A stretch of 64,000 bases of DNA from Clostridium thermobutyricum (GTDB lineage Bacteria > Bacillota > Clostridia > Ch29), in contig JAENYX010000012.1 of assembly GCA_016841565.1 (NCBI GenBank), positions 619 to 64,618 of the forward strand, written 5' to 3'. The position numbers and the translations under genes were made by a program. Each line of letters starts with the position of its first letter. Position 1 is the first letter of the stretch. The notes beneath the pieces are model-generated. The model was not told the origin of the DNA and ran no database searches. It saw only the letters and a program-made list of their open reading frames with translations. Below, in pieces: positions 40,130 to 49,058 of the stretch.

Positions 40130-40714
40130 ATGCCGAATTTTACAGCATTTTTATCCTATGTCCTAGTCACCACCTTCACCCCCGGCCCCAATAACATCAT
40201 GTCCATGTCAAACGCCAGCCGGTACGGTTTCAAAAAAAGCATCATGTTCAATGTGGGCGTCTTTATTGGCTTTTTTGTAATCATTTCCCTGTGCAGCATG
40301 TTCAGCATGGCGCTTTTTAACCTTATACCAACCATCAGGCCGTTTATGACCTATATCGGAGCCGGCTACATACTGTGGCTGGCATGGAAAACTTACAGCA
40401 GCAAACCCCATAGCACCGACAACAGCCATAATCGTACAAACACCTTTACGGCGGGCCTTCTCCTGCAGTTCGTAAACCCCAAGGTTATTCTTTACGGAAT
40501 TACGCTTGTTTCAACCTTCATAGTACCCTATTACAAGTCCCCGCCTGCGCTTACGGGCTTTGCCGTTTTACTGGCCTTCACCGCCTTTGTATCCACCTGC
40601 TGCTGGGCACTGCTGGGCTCGGTTTTCCAGATATTCCTGGCAAGGAACAACAGAGCAGTTAACGCCATTATGGCTTTGCTGCTTGTCTACTGTGCGGCTT
40701 CGCTGCTACTTTAA
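40130..40714 (+). CDS. LysE/RhtB family amino-acid exporter
   Basis: 194 aa, 6 TM helices, N-terminal ..TPGPNN.. LysE signature. One of only two plus-strand genes. Confidence 0.8.
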   Translation: MPNFTAFLSYVLVTTFTPGPNNIMSMSNASRYGFKKSIMFNVGVFIGFFVIISLCSMFSMALFNLIPTIRPFMTYIGAGYILWLAWKTYSSKPHSTDNSHNRTNTFTAGLLLQFVNPKVILYGITLVSTFIVPYYKSPPALTGFAVLLAFTAFVSTCCWALLGSVFQIFLARNNRAVNAIMALLLVYCAASLLL

Positions 40715-40725
40715 CTGGTTCACAC

Positions 40726-40758
40726 GGAACCAGTGGAAACCAGGGGGAAACCAGGGGG
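40726..40758. repeat. Short tandem repeat GAAACCAGGGGG x2, preceded by a partial copy
   Basis: GGAACCAGTG-GAAACCAGGGGG-AAACCAGGGGG directly 3' of the LysE stop, within a convergent intergenic region. Confidence 0.6.
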
Positions 40759-40912
40759 ACGGTTCTTGTGGTTATCTTATCTCAGCAAAACTTTACTTCC
40801 TGCCTCAAAACCTAATTTTCTTTGATTCTTTAAACCAAAATAGATTGTGCATTCGGTTATCAAGTCAAAGTACCGGCATCCCACATAACACTGCCCGGAT
40901 TCCCATTAATCT

Positions 40913-41572
40913 CTATAATGAAACATCCTGAAACCAGTAGCCGTCGTGGAAGTACTGCTCTTTAAGCTGGATATTAACCGGGAAAGAAAATGTAGGGCCG
41001 TCGATTACAACGGTATGAAATTCCCCTTCCTCTCCCGAAGCATCCACCCCTGCTTTTTCAATTTCCCTGATAATATCTTCATCCAAGATTTTTCCTAAAA
41101 ACCGTTTATCCAGCACCCCGTCCTTGACGGCTATTATTACAGCCTTGAAGCCCTCATTTACAAACTCATCCAATAATTCTCTGCGTTTTTCCTTCCAAAG
41201 AGGATGAAAGGGTTTTATACCGGCATAACAACATACCCTTTCCACCCACTGCCGGTGCTGGTCAATATCTATATCGCCAAAAACCCCGGCCTCTATTCCC
41301 TCAGCCTTAAGACCGTAAAGAGCGGATATAAATTCCCTTTCGTAATCATCCCACGTTGCAGAACGGGTAATTACCGGAAGCCCCAAAGCCTGGGCCTGCT
41401 TCCCTATTAACGAAATGTGGAGGGCATGGGACCGTGACCTTTCTCCTCCCTCTGAAAACATAGTAAAAAGGAAGTGCGGACTGCCCCCTTCCCGTATTGC
41501 CCGGTATAATGCCAGGCATGAATCCTTCCCGCCGCTCCAGGAGCAAAAAAAACTGGAACTATTTATGGTCAT
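40913..41572 (-). CDS. PP-loop ATP pyrophosphatase of the Dph6/MJ0570 (DUF71) family
   Basis: SGGKDS PP-loop near the N-terminus, 219 aa. Confidence 0.7.
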   Translation of the reverse strand: MTINSSSFFCSWSGGKDSCLALYRAIREGGSPHFLFTMFSEGGERSRSHALHISLIGKQAQALGLPVITRSATWDDYEREFISALYGLKAEGIEAGVFGDIDIDQHRQWVERVCCYAGIKPFHPLWKEKRRELLDEFVNEGFKAVIIAVKDGVLDKRFLGKILDEDIIREIEKAGVDASGEEGEFHTVVIDGPTFSFPVNIQLKEQYFHDGYWFQDVSL

Positions 41573-41665
41573 AAAGCCTTTACCCCTTATATGCTAAATT
41601 TTCTTATGGCACTTCTGCCTGTCTGTTGTGTATTATCATTGTTTCTGTAATAAGGCCGGCCTTTC

Positions 41666-41794
41666 CTATTTTTTGCCTTCCAATTCCTTAACCTTCTTTT
41701 CCAGGGCTTCCACCCTGTCTTTCAGGCTGTAATCTTTGTTCAGGGCAACAATGTGAAAAACTACTGCAATTATTAGAATAATAAACCCCATCAT
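41666..41794 (-). CDS. 43-aa small membrane/coiled-coil protein (unannotated by the >=60-aa ORF track)
   Basis: MMGFIILIIAVVFHIVALNKDYSLKDRVEALEKKVKELEGKK. One TM helix plus a charged heptad-like tail. A GGCCGGCC hairpin follows the stop. Confidence 0.3.
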   Translation of the reverse strand: MMGFIILIIAVVFHIVALNKDYSLKDRVEALEKKVKELEGKK

Positions 41795-41845
41795 GCTTAC
41801 ATCCTTTCTTCCGGCAATGCTTATAATACACCTGTTATTTTGCCG

Positions 41846-42505
41846 TTATAGATTTTGCTTGAACACACCCAGCCAAGCAGCAAAGGCCAAAATGGCAATT
41901 GCTGCTGCAAATTCACTTATGCCCCTCAACCGGCTGGCCTTTGTACTCTCATTTACTCTCTCTTTCATATCCAGAACAATTTCTTCGAAATAGTATACAC
42001 TGCCAAACCTTATAAAGACCAGCTCGAAGTTTTTGCCGTTTCCCGCCCTCTGATTCATCCTGACAGAGGCATCATACTGATCCAGGAATATCTCGGTATC
42101 CATAGCATGGGGGCTTTCTTCCTTTTTTCTGTATTCCAATCCATACTTTTCCAACGTCTGAAACAGTATTGTTTCAAGGTCGGCTTTGGAAATATTGTGA
42201 ACTGTATACTTTTTACCCGTGGAAAAATTTCTGTAAAAGGCGAATATAACCAATAATAACAGTATTCCCAGTAATTTTACGGCAAGTTTTTCATCACTAT
42301 TCGTACCAAGCTCCCATATTCCAATAAAGTCATACAACAACACTGCTAAACCCGCACCTGCCGAAAAAAAGTTCAAGAGCTTGGGCTCGTGGTAAAAGTT
42401 TTTTTCCCTTCGCCTTTTGATGCCAAGGTATATACACTGTATTAGGTAGATAATGCCCATTACACGATATATAGCAAGTTTTCCGCTGTCCATTGATACA
42501 CTCAC
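41846..42505 (-). CDS. Membrane protein of unknown function
   Basis: 219 aa, 3-4 TM helices N-terminally, then a soluble C-terminal region ending in another TM helix. Confidence 0.4.
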   Translation of the reverse strand: MSVSMDSGKLAIYRVMGIIYLIQCIYLGIKRRREKNFYHEPKLLNFFSAGAGLAVLLYDFIGIWELGTNSDEKLAVKLLGILLLLVIFAFYRNFSTGKKYTVHNISKADLETILFQTLEKYGLEYRKKEESPHAMDTEIFLDQYDASVRMNQRAGNGKNFELVFIRFGSVYYFEEIVLDMKERVNESTKASRLRGISEFAAAIAILAFAAWLGVFKQNL

Positions 42506-42573
42506 TTTCTTAAATTTAGTCGTTCATATTATATATGTTTTGACGCAAATTCTCCGGTTTTTGTTGCCTGTGT

Positions 42574-42930
42574 TTAACCTCCAATCAGCTTTTCCTTTGC
42601 CTCAGATACCGAATTAACAAAAAATATTCTACCACTCTTATTAATCTCATTAATAAAAACTTTTTTCGCGATATATTTAGAAAAATCACCTATAACGGCA
42701 AGCCGAACGTCATAATCTGCAAATTTATGTATTATCTCTTCTGCCATTCCCCTATCCATATCAAAAATATCAGGACTGATGTTCTTTTCCCTAACAATTA
42801 TTTTCTTTGCACCCTGATAATAGCATTCAGACATCATATCCAAAGCATCCTGGACATTATTAATAATTATGCCGCTTGCCACCACTTCTGCTATAAAGGT
42901 CCCCTTTGTGCTTATCAAATTGATTCTCAT
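42574..42930 (-). CDS. Small conserved hypothetical protein (DUF4180-like, tentative)
   Basis: 118 aa, soluble. Repeat copy B sits in its upstream region. Confidence 0.4.
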   Translation of the reverse strand: MRINLISTKGTFIAEVVASGIIINNVQDALDMMSECYYQGAKKIIVREKNISPDIFDMDRGMAEEIIHKFADYDVRLAVIGDFSKYIAKKVFINEINKSGRIFFVNSVSEAKEKLIGG

Positions 42931-43020
42931 GCTTTACCCCCTCAATTTTGGAGTAATGCCGTGTTTATGGCCCGGCTGTCTGAGTTTACGACATTTTTCA
43001 AGTACTTCTGCGAGTACTAT

Positions 43021-43139
43021 ATATAACGTGCTTAAGACTTTACATCTCCTAACGTGACATCCTGAGCCAAGCGAAGGATCTTATGTCCATCTTCAAGTCA
43101 GATTCTTCGGGCTCCGCCCTCTTAAATGACAGGTAGAGG
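43021..43139. repeat. ~120-bp repeat element, copy B (inverted relative to copy A)
   Basis: Reverse complement matches 36293..36413. Overlaps the 3' end of the GDPD pseudogene. Confidence 0.85.
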
Positions 43140-43990
43140 AATGTAATACTATTAATGCGTTATATATAGGTAAAGAGGTGTAGTGCGTATTCTTAACCGG
43201 CTTTCCATTCGCACCTTTACCGTCATGAGCTGTTTGAATTAGTTTTTTATAGATATCACAGGCTGCCCGATTTGACATATTTTTTCAGCCAGGCCAATTC
43301 CCCTCCCCTGCTGTCAGGATAAAGAGTGAATTTGCATTTTTCATCCTTTCCACAAAGCGGTGCGGCCAGCCCCGCAACAAGCGGGCATATTTTTCAGGCA
43401 TCCGTGCCATGTTTCCAAGATATTGAGCCAGGATCTCTCCCTCCTGAGGATTATTGCTCTTAATGTGAATTAAAAATGAGCGGTCGGGGAAATGTTCCAA
43501 CACCTCATCCAATGAGGGCATCAGACACAAACCCTTGCCGCGGAATGGATATGTTTTCCCGTTATCTGCGGTATAGCCATATCCTATGTCAAATTCCTTT
43601 AATTCTCCATCCTGTAATCCCTTACACTGCCTGCACCATTGATCCGGTATTCAAGGTTTGAATCATTGAAAACAGCAAATTGCCCGTCCTTGGTCAGCCG
43701 TATATCAAATTCAACCATGTCGACTCCTGCCTGAAAAGCTGCTTCCATTGATGGTATGGTGTTTTACAGATAGGGATGCTCGGGTTGATATATACGTCTG
43801 GCCGTATTGGTCCCGCCCGTTATACCCTCCATGGGAAAGGTCTGGGCCAACCCCCTTTAGGCAAGAAGAAAAGGTTTTCCATCATACTTTTCAATAAACA
43901 ATGAGCTATTGCTCAAGTATATCAAGGCAAACAGAAGAGCCATGAGCCATATTATTCTTCTGTTTATTGAGTTTTTAGACATATTGGCTT
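43100..43990 (-). pseudogene. Glycerophosphodiester phosphodiesterase (GDPD) pseudogene, multiply frameshifted
   Basis: Minus-strand pieces in three frames. First a signal peptide MSKNSINRRIIWLMALLFALIYLS.., followed by a stop. Then ..MEAAFQAGVDMVEFDIRLTKDGQFAVFNDSNL.. (GDPD E-x-D / HD-like core). Then ..MPSLDEVLEHFPDRSFLIHIKS.. and a C-terminal ..LIQTAHDGKG... No single frame spans the region. Confidence 0.6.
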
Positions 43991-44368
43991 TTCTTCTAAC
44001 AACAAATCATCATTTGCTTTGAAGTTGTCGCTTCCCATTAATTTGATTGTAGCAGACTACGGCCTACTTTTCCATAGTACATGGTTCATTTTATTGCAGC
44101 CAACTCACAATGCCGGATGGCAGTAGAAGAACAGTCTACGTTGTTTTTTGTGATGTTTATTCCACAAATCCAGTAGTGAAAGTTATTTTTTATGGCAGCA
44201 GTCGGTCTGTTCCATTTGACTGCGATATTTAATTCATTATCGATAGATAAAATAATGTCTGCAATCCGTTTTACCATCTCCTCCTGTTTTGTATATCGGT
44301 ACCTTATGCTATGGAGCCGTCCGTCGGCGGCCGGTCAGACACAGTACCTGTTCCCCTGTCTTGGGAGC

Positions 44369-44414
44369 AGTAAAAAGCACTCCGTTCCGGCAGATGCTAC
44401 AGGTACGGAGTGCT
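44369..44414 (-). terminator. spo0A intrinsic terminator
   Basis: AGCACTCCGT-(19 nt)-ACGGAGTGCT 10-bp stem, 7 nt after the spo0A stop, followed by TTTT on the minus strand. Confidence 0.6.
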
Positions 44415-44420
44415 TCTTTA

Positions 44421-45215
44421 CTAACTTATCCTCTGTTTCAGCCTTATTTTGTCGGCCACCATTGCTATAAATTCCGAGTTGGTGGGCTTCCCTTTATCAT
44501 TATGTATGGTATACCCGAACAAATTGTTGATGGTATCCACCTTGCCTCTGCTCCATGCCACTTCAATGGCGTGCCTTATTGCTCTTTCCACCCTGCTGGA
44601 GGTTGTATTGAACTTCTTGGCTATGGAGGGGTAAAGTTCCTTTGTTACGGCGCTCAGCATTTCTATATCATTGACAACGGTTTTGATTGCCTCTCTCAGA
44701 TAGAGGTATCCCTTTATGTGGGCGGGCACCCCTATCTCGTGTATGATGTTGGTTATTTCCACATCCAGGCTCTGTCCTTCGGTAAAGTAACTTTCAGGCT
44801 GATTCTTTCTCTTTTTTTCAATGGGCACCACATTATTATCCATCATCTGTCTGATTCTTTTTATAAATATCTGCATGTCGAAGGGTTTGACAATGTAATA
44901 ATCAGCTCCCAGTGCCAATGCCCTTTGGGTTATCTTATCCTGTCCAACCGCAGACAAAACAATAATATTTGGCATATGTTCCAAATCCATGTTGTTTATT
45001 CTTTCCAATACTCCCAATCCGTCAAGATGAGGCATTATGATATCCAATACCAGAATATCCGGCTGGCAATCCTGTAGCATTTCCAGCGCCTCGAATCCAT
45101 CGTTTGCAGCACCCACCAGTTGTATGTCCTTTTCCCTGGATAGGTATTCCCCTACAATGTCGCAGAACTCTTTGTTATCGTCCGCAATCATTATCCTTAT
45201 CTTTTTTTCATTCAA
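44421..45215 (-). CDS. spo0A: Sporulation master regulator Spo0A (response regulator)
   Basis: Receiver domain (..[24 protein letters not shown]..) plus the Spo0A-specific C-terminal DNA-binding domain with the ..[15 protein letters not shown].. signature. Confidence 0.95.
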   Translation of the reverse strand: MNEKKIRIMIADDNKEFCDIVGEYLSREKDIQLVGAANDGFEALEMLQDCQPDILVLDIIMPHLDGLGVLERINNMDLEHMPNIIVLSAVGQDKITQRALALGADYYIVKPFDMQIFIKRIRQMMDNNVVPIEKKRKNQPESYFTEGQSLDVEITNIIHEIGVPAHIKGYLYLREAIKTVVNDIEMLSAVTKELYPSIAKKFNTTSSRVERAIRHAIEVAWSRGKVDTINNLFGYTIHNDKGKPTNSEFIAMVADKIRLKQRIS

Positions 45216-45241
45216 AAGGAACCCTCCTCTTTAATTATTTG

Positions 45242-45282
45242 GTTGACAAATAAGTATTCGACAAAGGGGAATTAATTCCTTC
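45242..45282 (-). promoter_or_regulatory. spo0A promoter region: 0A box(es) overlapping a sigma-H-like promoter
   Basis: On the transcribed strand, GAAGGAATTA (-35-like RNAGGAwWW), a 14-nt spacer, then GTCGAAT (-10-like RNNGAAT). The -10 overlaps a perfect 0A box TGTCGAA (plus coords 45257-45263). A second near-consensus box TGTCAAC sits at 45242-45248. Confidence 0.45.
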
Positions 45283-45352
45283 TATAATTCCAAATTTAAT
45301 ATAATATGGATATGTTTTCTGCATAATACATTAACATGTCGCAGCATATATG

Positions 45353-45390
45353 AAAAACTGAGCAAACCCTTTCGGGTATCACTCAGTTTT
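45353..45390 (-). terminator. spoIVB intrinsic terminator
   Basis: CTGAGTGATACCC-GAAA-GGGTTTGCTCAG hairpin with a GNRA tetraloop that overlaps the spoIVB stop codon, followed by TTTTT. Confidence 0.6.
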
Positions 45391-46707
45391 ATCAACTTTT
45401 GTAGTGCTATCACCGCTGTCGGCTTGGGCGTTTTGTATCATCCATTCTGCAAAAATCCCGTATCCCCGGGTAGGGTCGTTTACAAATACATGAGTGACAA
45501 TGCCGGCCAGCCGACCAGCCTGTATAATGGGACTCCCACTCATTCCCTGCACAATTCCACCGGTGCTTTCCAGCAGCCTGTCGTCGGTTACTTTTATTAC
45601 CATGCTTTTTGGTTCCGGATAATACTGATTTGAAACCTTCTGAATCTCTATTGAATACCTTTCTATTTTTTTATCGATGGTGGTTAATACATACGCAGGA
45701 CCTTCCTTCACCTGGTGGTGCAGCGCTACCGATATCGGCTCGGAATAGTATGCATTTTCCAGGTTCTTGCTTAGTACACCGTATATTCCGAACTCGGTGT
45801 TTTTTTCTATATAGCCCAGTTTGTTTTCCTCTTCAAAAAAAATTCCCCTTATCTCACCGGGCCTGCTCTTTTCTCCCTTTTGTATTGAAGCTATCCTCGA
45901 TTCCAGTATTTCGCCTTCCTCCACCGACAGCATAAGACCTGTATCCACATCGGTTACTGCGTGGCCTAGAGCTCCAAAGGCTCCTGTATCCGGGTAGTAG
46001 AAGCTTAGTGTTCCTACTCCGGCTGTTTTGTCCCTTACCCATGCACCTATCCGGTATTTACCGTCCTCCTGGCTTTTAACGGGCTTCACATGCCTTAAGA
46101 GGACCTTGTTATCCCTTTTTATTTCAACCGTTATTTCTTCTCCCTTGCAATTGCTCAGAAGCTCTAAAACATGATCGGCATCCCTAATCTTGATATTGTT
46201 TATCCCTATTATCGAATCCCCCACTGAAAGTCCGGCCTGGGCTGAAGGATTGTAACTCTTTCCGTCTATGGCCGTTACATCGGCCACTGCCACTATGAGC
46301 ACTCCCTGGGTGAGCAGTTTTACCCCTATAGAATGGCCGCCCGGAATAACTTTTGAGGGAGATATTACCGATACCGTCATCTTTTTTAATGGAATAATGC
46401 CAAACAGCCGGAATTCAATCTCGGTATTGCCTATTGCCGTGGTCTGTATCAAAAGGGGATGTCTGCTGCTTACGCTGGTTCCCTCTGTAGTTATGCTGGT
46501 ACCGTTCAGCTTCAGTATGCCCTCATTCTCACTTGTGGCAACTATACTAAAGGGAAGCCTGAGGTTTAGCGTTCTTTCCTCTCCTTCAACCACCAAATAC
46601 TCTCCGGGCATCGAAACAAACTGATAGATGTCATATGAAACAGCTGCACAGATTACAGCCATTATTAATATAACAATCCTTAGCGGCGCTTTATGCCTAT
46701 TCTGCAA
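45379..46707 (-). CDS. spoIVB: Stage IV sporulation protein B (S55 signal peptidase)
   Basis: N-terminal TM helix, PDZ domain, and S55 catalytic region with ..GMSGSPI.., 442 aa. Confidence 0.9.
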   Translation of the reverse strand: MQNRHKAPLRIVILIMAVICAAVSYDIYQFVSMPGEYLVVEGEERTLNLRLPFSIVATSENEGILKLNGTSITTEGTSVSSRHPLLIQTTAIGNTEIEFRLFGIIPLKKMTVSVISPSKVIPGGHSIGVKLLTQGVLIVAVADVTAIDGKSYNPSAQAGLSVGDSIIGINNIKIRDADHVLELLSNCKGEEITVEIKRDNKVLLRHVKPVKSQEDGKYRIGAWVRDKTAGVGTLSFYYPDTGAFGALGHAVTDVDTGLMLSVEEGEILESRIASIQKGEKSRPGEIRGIFFEEENKLGYIEKNTEFGIYGVLSKNLENAYYSEPISVALHHQVKEGPAYVLTTIDKKIERYSIEIQKVSNQYYPEPKSMVIKVTDDRLLESTGGIVQGMSGSPIIQAGRLAGIVTHVFVNDPTRGYGIFAEWMIQNAQADSGDSTTKVDKTE

Positions 46708-46837
46708 GCTGTATCACGCTCCCCAAGCCCAAGAGCCCGTCCTTCTCCACCTCCAAAAAAATAATTTAAATTACTAATGTTAAGTTAACCCTTTGAAAAA
46801 CTAATTATGCTACAAAAAATATGTGTTTAAAGCTGAT

Positions 46838-46868
46838 ATTTGCATAAAAAAAAAGCGCTATACAACGC
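46838..46868. terminator. Terminator after recN
   Basis: AAAAAAAAGCGC-tataca-ACGCTTTTTTT directly 3' of the recN stop. Confidence 0.5.
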
Positions 46869-48561
46869 TTTTTTTGTAGTTCTCCGCCATTTTAAGCATC
46901 TCCTCGGAATGCTTCATGGTAAGCTCTGTTACCTTTGCTCCTCCCAGCAACCTTGCAAGCTCCTTTATCTTATCGTCCCTTCCCATCAGTTCAAGTCGCG
47001 TATATGTATGGCCTTCCTCTTCTTCCTTTTTTATCAAGAAATGATTGTCGGCCATTGAAGCTATCTGAGGAAGATGCGTCACACATATTACCTGGTGCTT
47101 TCCCGACACCTGTGCAAGCTGCTGCGCAACCACCTGGGCAGTCCTTCCGCTGATTCCCGCATCAATCTCATCGAAAATCAGCGTGGGAATCCTGTCGGTA
47201 AGTGCAAGACTTACTTTTATAGCCAGCATAATCCTCGACATTTCTCCGCCCGATACTATTTTGCTCAATGGCTTCAAAGGCTCCCCGAGATTGGCGCTGA
47301 ACAGGAACTCCACCGAGTCAAGACCCCTGGAAGTAAACCCGCCTGTTGCCTCCATACTGACGCTGAATATCCCGTTATTCATTCCCAGTTTATTGATCTC
47401 GGAGGTAACGCCTGACGCCAGAAATTCCGATGCTTTTTTCCTAAGCCCGGACAAAACCACGCATTCTTTTTTCAAGTCTTCTTCAATTTGGGCTATTTCC
47501 GCCTTAATGGTGATTTGCTCCTGCTGACTGTTTTTCAGCCGTTCCAGCTCCATTGATTTATTATTGCAGTATTCCAGGATTTCTTCTATGGTTTTACCGT
47601 ATTTTCTCTTTAGTCTGCTTATAAGGTCAAGTCTTTCTTCCACGCTGTTCAGCTGTTGCCGGTCAAACTCGAAACCCTCGATATGGCTTCTTATATCCCT
47701 CGCTGCCTCCCGGAGGGAAATATATGAGGTTTCGACGGCGCTATGGTATCCGCCTATGCTGTCATCCATGGACGAAAAAGGAGCAAGTAGTGATATGACC
47801 TGGTTGAGGCCGTCAACAATGCCGGCGCCGGAATCACTATCCCCCTCGTAAAGCAGCTGATAGGCCTGTATCAGCGACTGATATATTTTTTCGGCATTAA
47901 CCATGACCTCCCGCTGACGTGCAAGCTCCTGGTCCTCTCCTTCCCTAAGGCTGGCCATTTCTATCTCCTGCACCTGATATGAATATAGGTCTATGTTTCT
48001 TTCCCTCTCCATCTCGCTTTTGTTTATCTCCTCCAGGGTCCTCCTTAGCTCCAGCAACCGGTCATACATGGACGCCACCCTTTTCCTTTGCTCAAGTACC
48101 TTTTCTCCCCCGAATTGGTCCAGAATATCGATATGGTTTTGCGTATCCAGCAGTGACTGGTGCTGATGCTGTCCGTGTATATCTATCATACGCCTGCTGA
48201 GCTCTCTTATGTTGGACAGGGACACCGGCCTGCCGTTAATCCTGCTGATACTCCTGCCGCTCTTTATCTCTCTTGCCAGCACCACGGTTTTTTCACGGTC
48301 CAGCTCTATCCCGAGGGGCAGAAGTATTTCCTCAATTCCGTCAATTTCGGCACATTTAAAAAGGGCTTCTACCACAGCCTTATCAGCGCCTGTACGAATA
48401 TTATCGGTATCTGCCCTTTCACCGAGAACCATATTTACCGCATCAATAATTATAGATTTACCTGCTCCGGTCTCTCCGGTCAATATATTCAAACCGTCTT
48501 CCAGAGTCAGACGTACATTATCTATAAGTGCAAAATTAGAAATATTGAGCTCCAGAAGCAT
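46858..48561 (-). CDS. recN: DNA repair protein RecN
   Basis: N-terminal Walker A (..GETGAGKS..), long coiled-coil, C-terminal signature/Walker B, 567 aa. Confidence 0.95.
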   Translation of the reverse strand: MLLELNISNFALIDNVRLTLEDGLNILTGETGAGKSIIIDAVNMVLGERADTDNIRTGADKAVVEALFKCAEIDGIEEILLPLGIELDREKTVVLAREIKSGRSISRINGRPVSLSNIRELSRRMIDIHGQHQHQSLLDTQNHIDILDQFGGEKVLEQRKRVASMYDRLLELRRTLEEINKSEMERERNIDLYSYQVQEIEMASLREGEDQELARQREVMVNAEKIYQSLIQAYQLLYEGDSDSGAGIVDGLNQVISLLAPFSSMDDSIGGYHSAVETSYISLREAARDIRSHIEGFEFDRQQLNSVEERLDLISRLKRKYGKTIEEILEYCNNKSMELERLKNSQQEQITIKAEIAQIEEDLKKECVVLSGLRKKASEFLASGVTSEINKLGMNNGIFSVSMEATGGFTSRGLDSVEFLFSANLGEPLKPLSKIVSGGEMSRIMLAIKVSLALTDRIPTLIFDEIDAGISGRTAQVVAQQLAQVSGKHQVICVTHLPQIASMADNHFLIKKEEEEGHTYTRLELMGRDDKIKELARLLGGAKVTELTMKHSEEMLKMAENYKKSVV

Positions 48562-48580
48562 ATATAGCTAACCCCCGTTT

Positions 48581-49030
48581 CTACATTATCAGTTTTTTCA
48601 ATTTTTCCATTGTATCTATAGCCTTTTTCTCATCCCTTGTAAGTACAAATATGGTATCGTCTCCCGCTATTGTTCCCACTACCTCTCCCCAATCCAGGGA
48701 ATCTATTGCCGCAGCTGCGCCCTGGGCAGCCCCTGGGATTGTTTTCATGACCACCATGTTTATGGCATAGTCAACCTTTAGTACTGAGTCCATGAACACC
48801 TTAACGTGCCTGTCGGCCAGTTCGCTGTCATGAGGCCTTATAGTAGCATACTTGTACTTGCCGGTATCGCTCAGGGTTTTTATCAGCCTCAGCTCTTTGA
48901 TGTCCCTTGACACCGTCGCCTGGGTAATGTTAAAACCACAAAGCTTCAATTCCTCCGCCAATTCCTCCTGGGTCTCAATCTCCTTATTCTCAATAAGTTC
49001 CAAAATCCTGGCATGCCGGGCAATCTTCAT
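48581..49030 (-). CDS. argR: Arginine repressor
   Basis: MKIARHARILELI.. wHTH and the C-terminal ..GTIAGDDTIF.. arginine-binding motif. Start taken at the internal Met, because the longer ORF overlaps the nadK C-terminus. Confidence 0.9.
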   Translation of the reverse strand: MKIARHARILELIENKEIETQEELAEELKLCGFNITQATVSRDIKELRLIKTLSDTGKYKYATIRPHDSELADRHVKVFMDSVLKVDYAINMVVMKTIPGAAQGAAAAIDSLDWGEVVGTIAGDDTIFVLTRDEKKAIDTMEKLKKLIM

Positions 49031-49058
49031 TTGGTAAGCCTCCTTTTGATACCTTATA

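Noticed and set aside
44289-45077. 262-aa plus-strand ORF and neighbouring plus ORFs (44192..44470, 44449..44634)
   Set aside because: They lie entirely antisense to spo0A, whose identity is unambiguous. They are low-complexity translations with no motifs.
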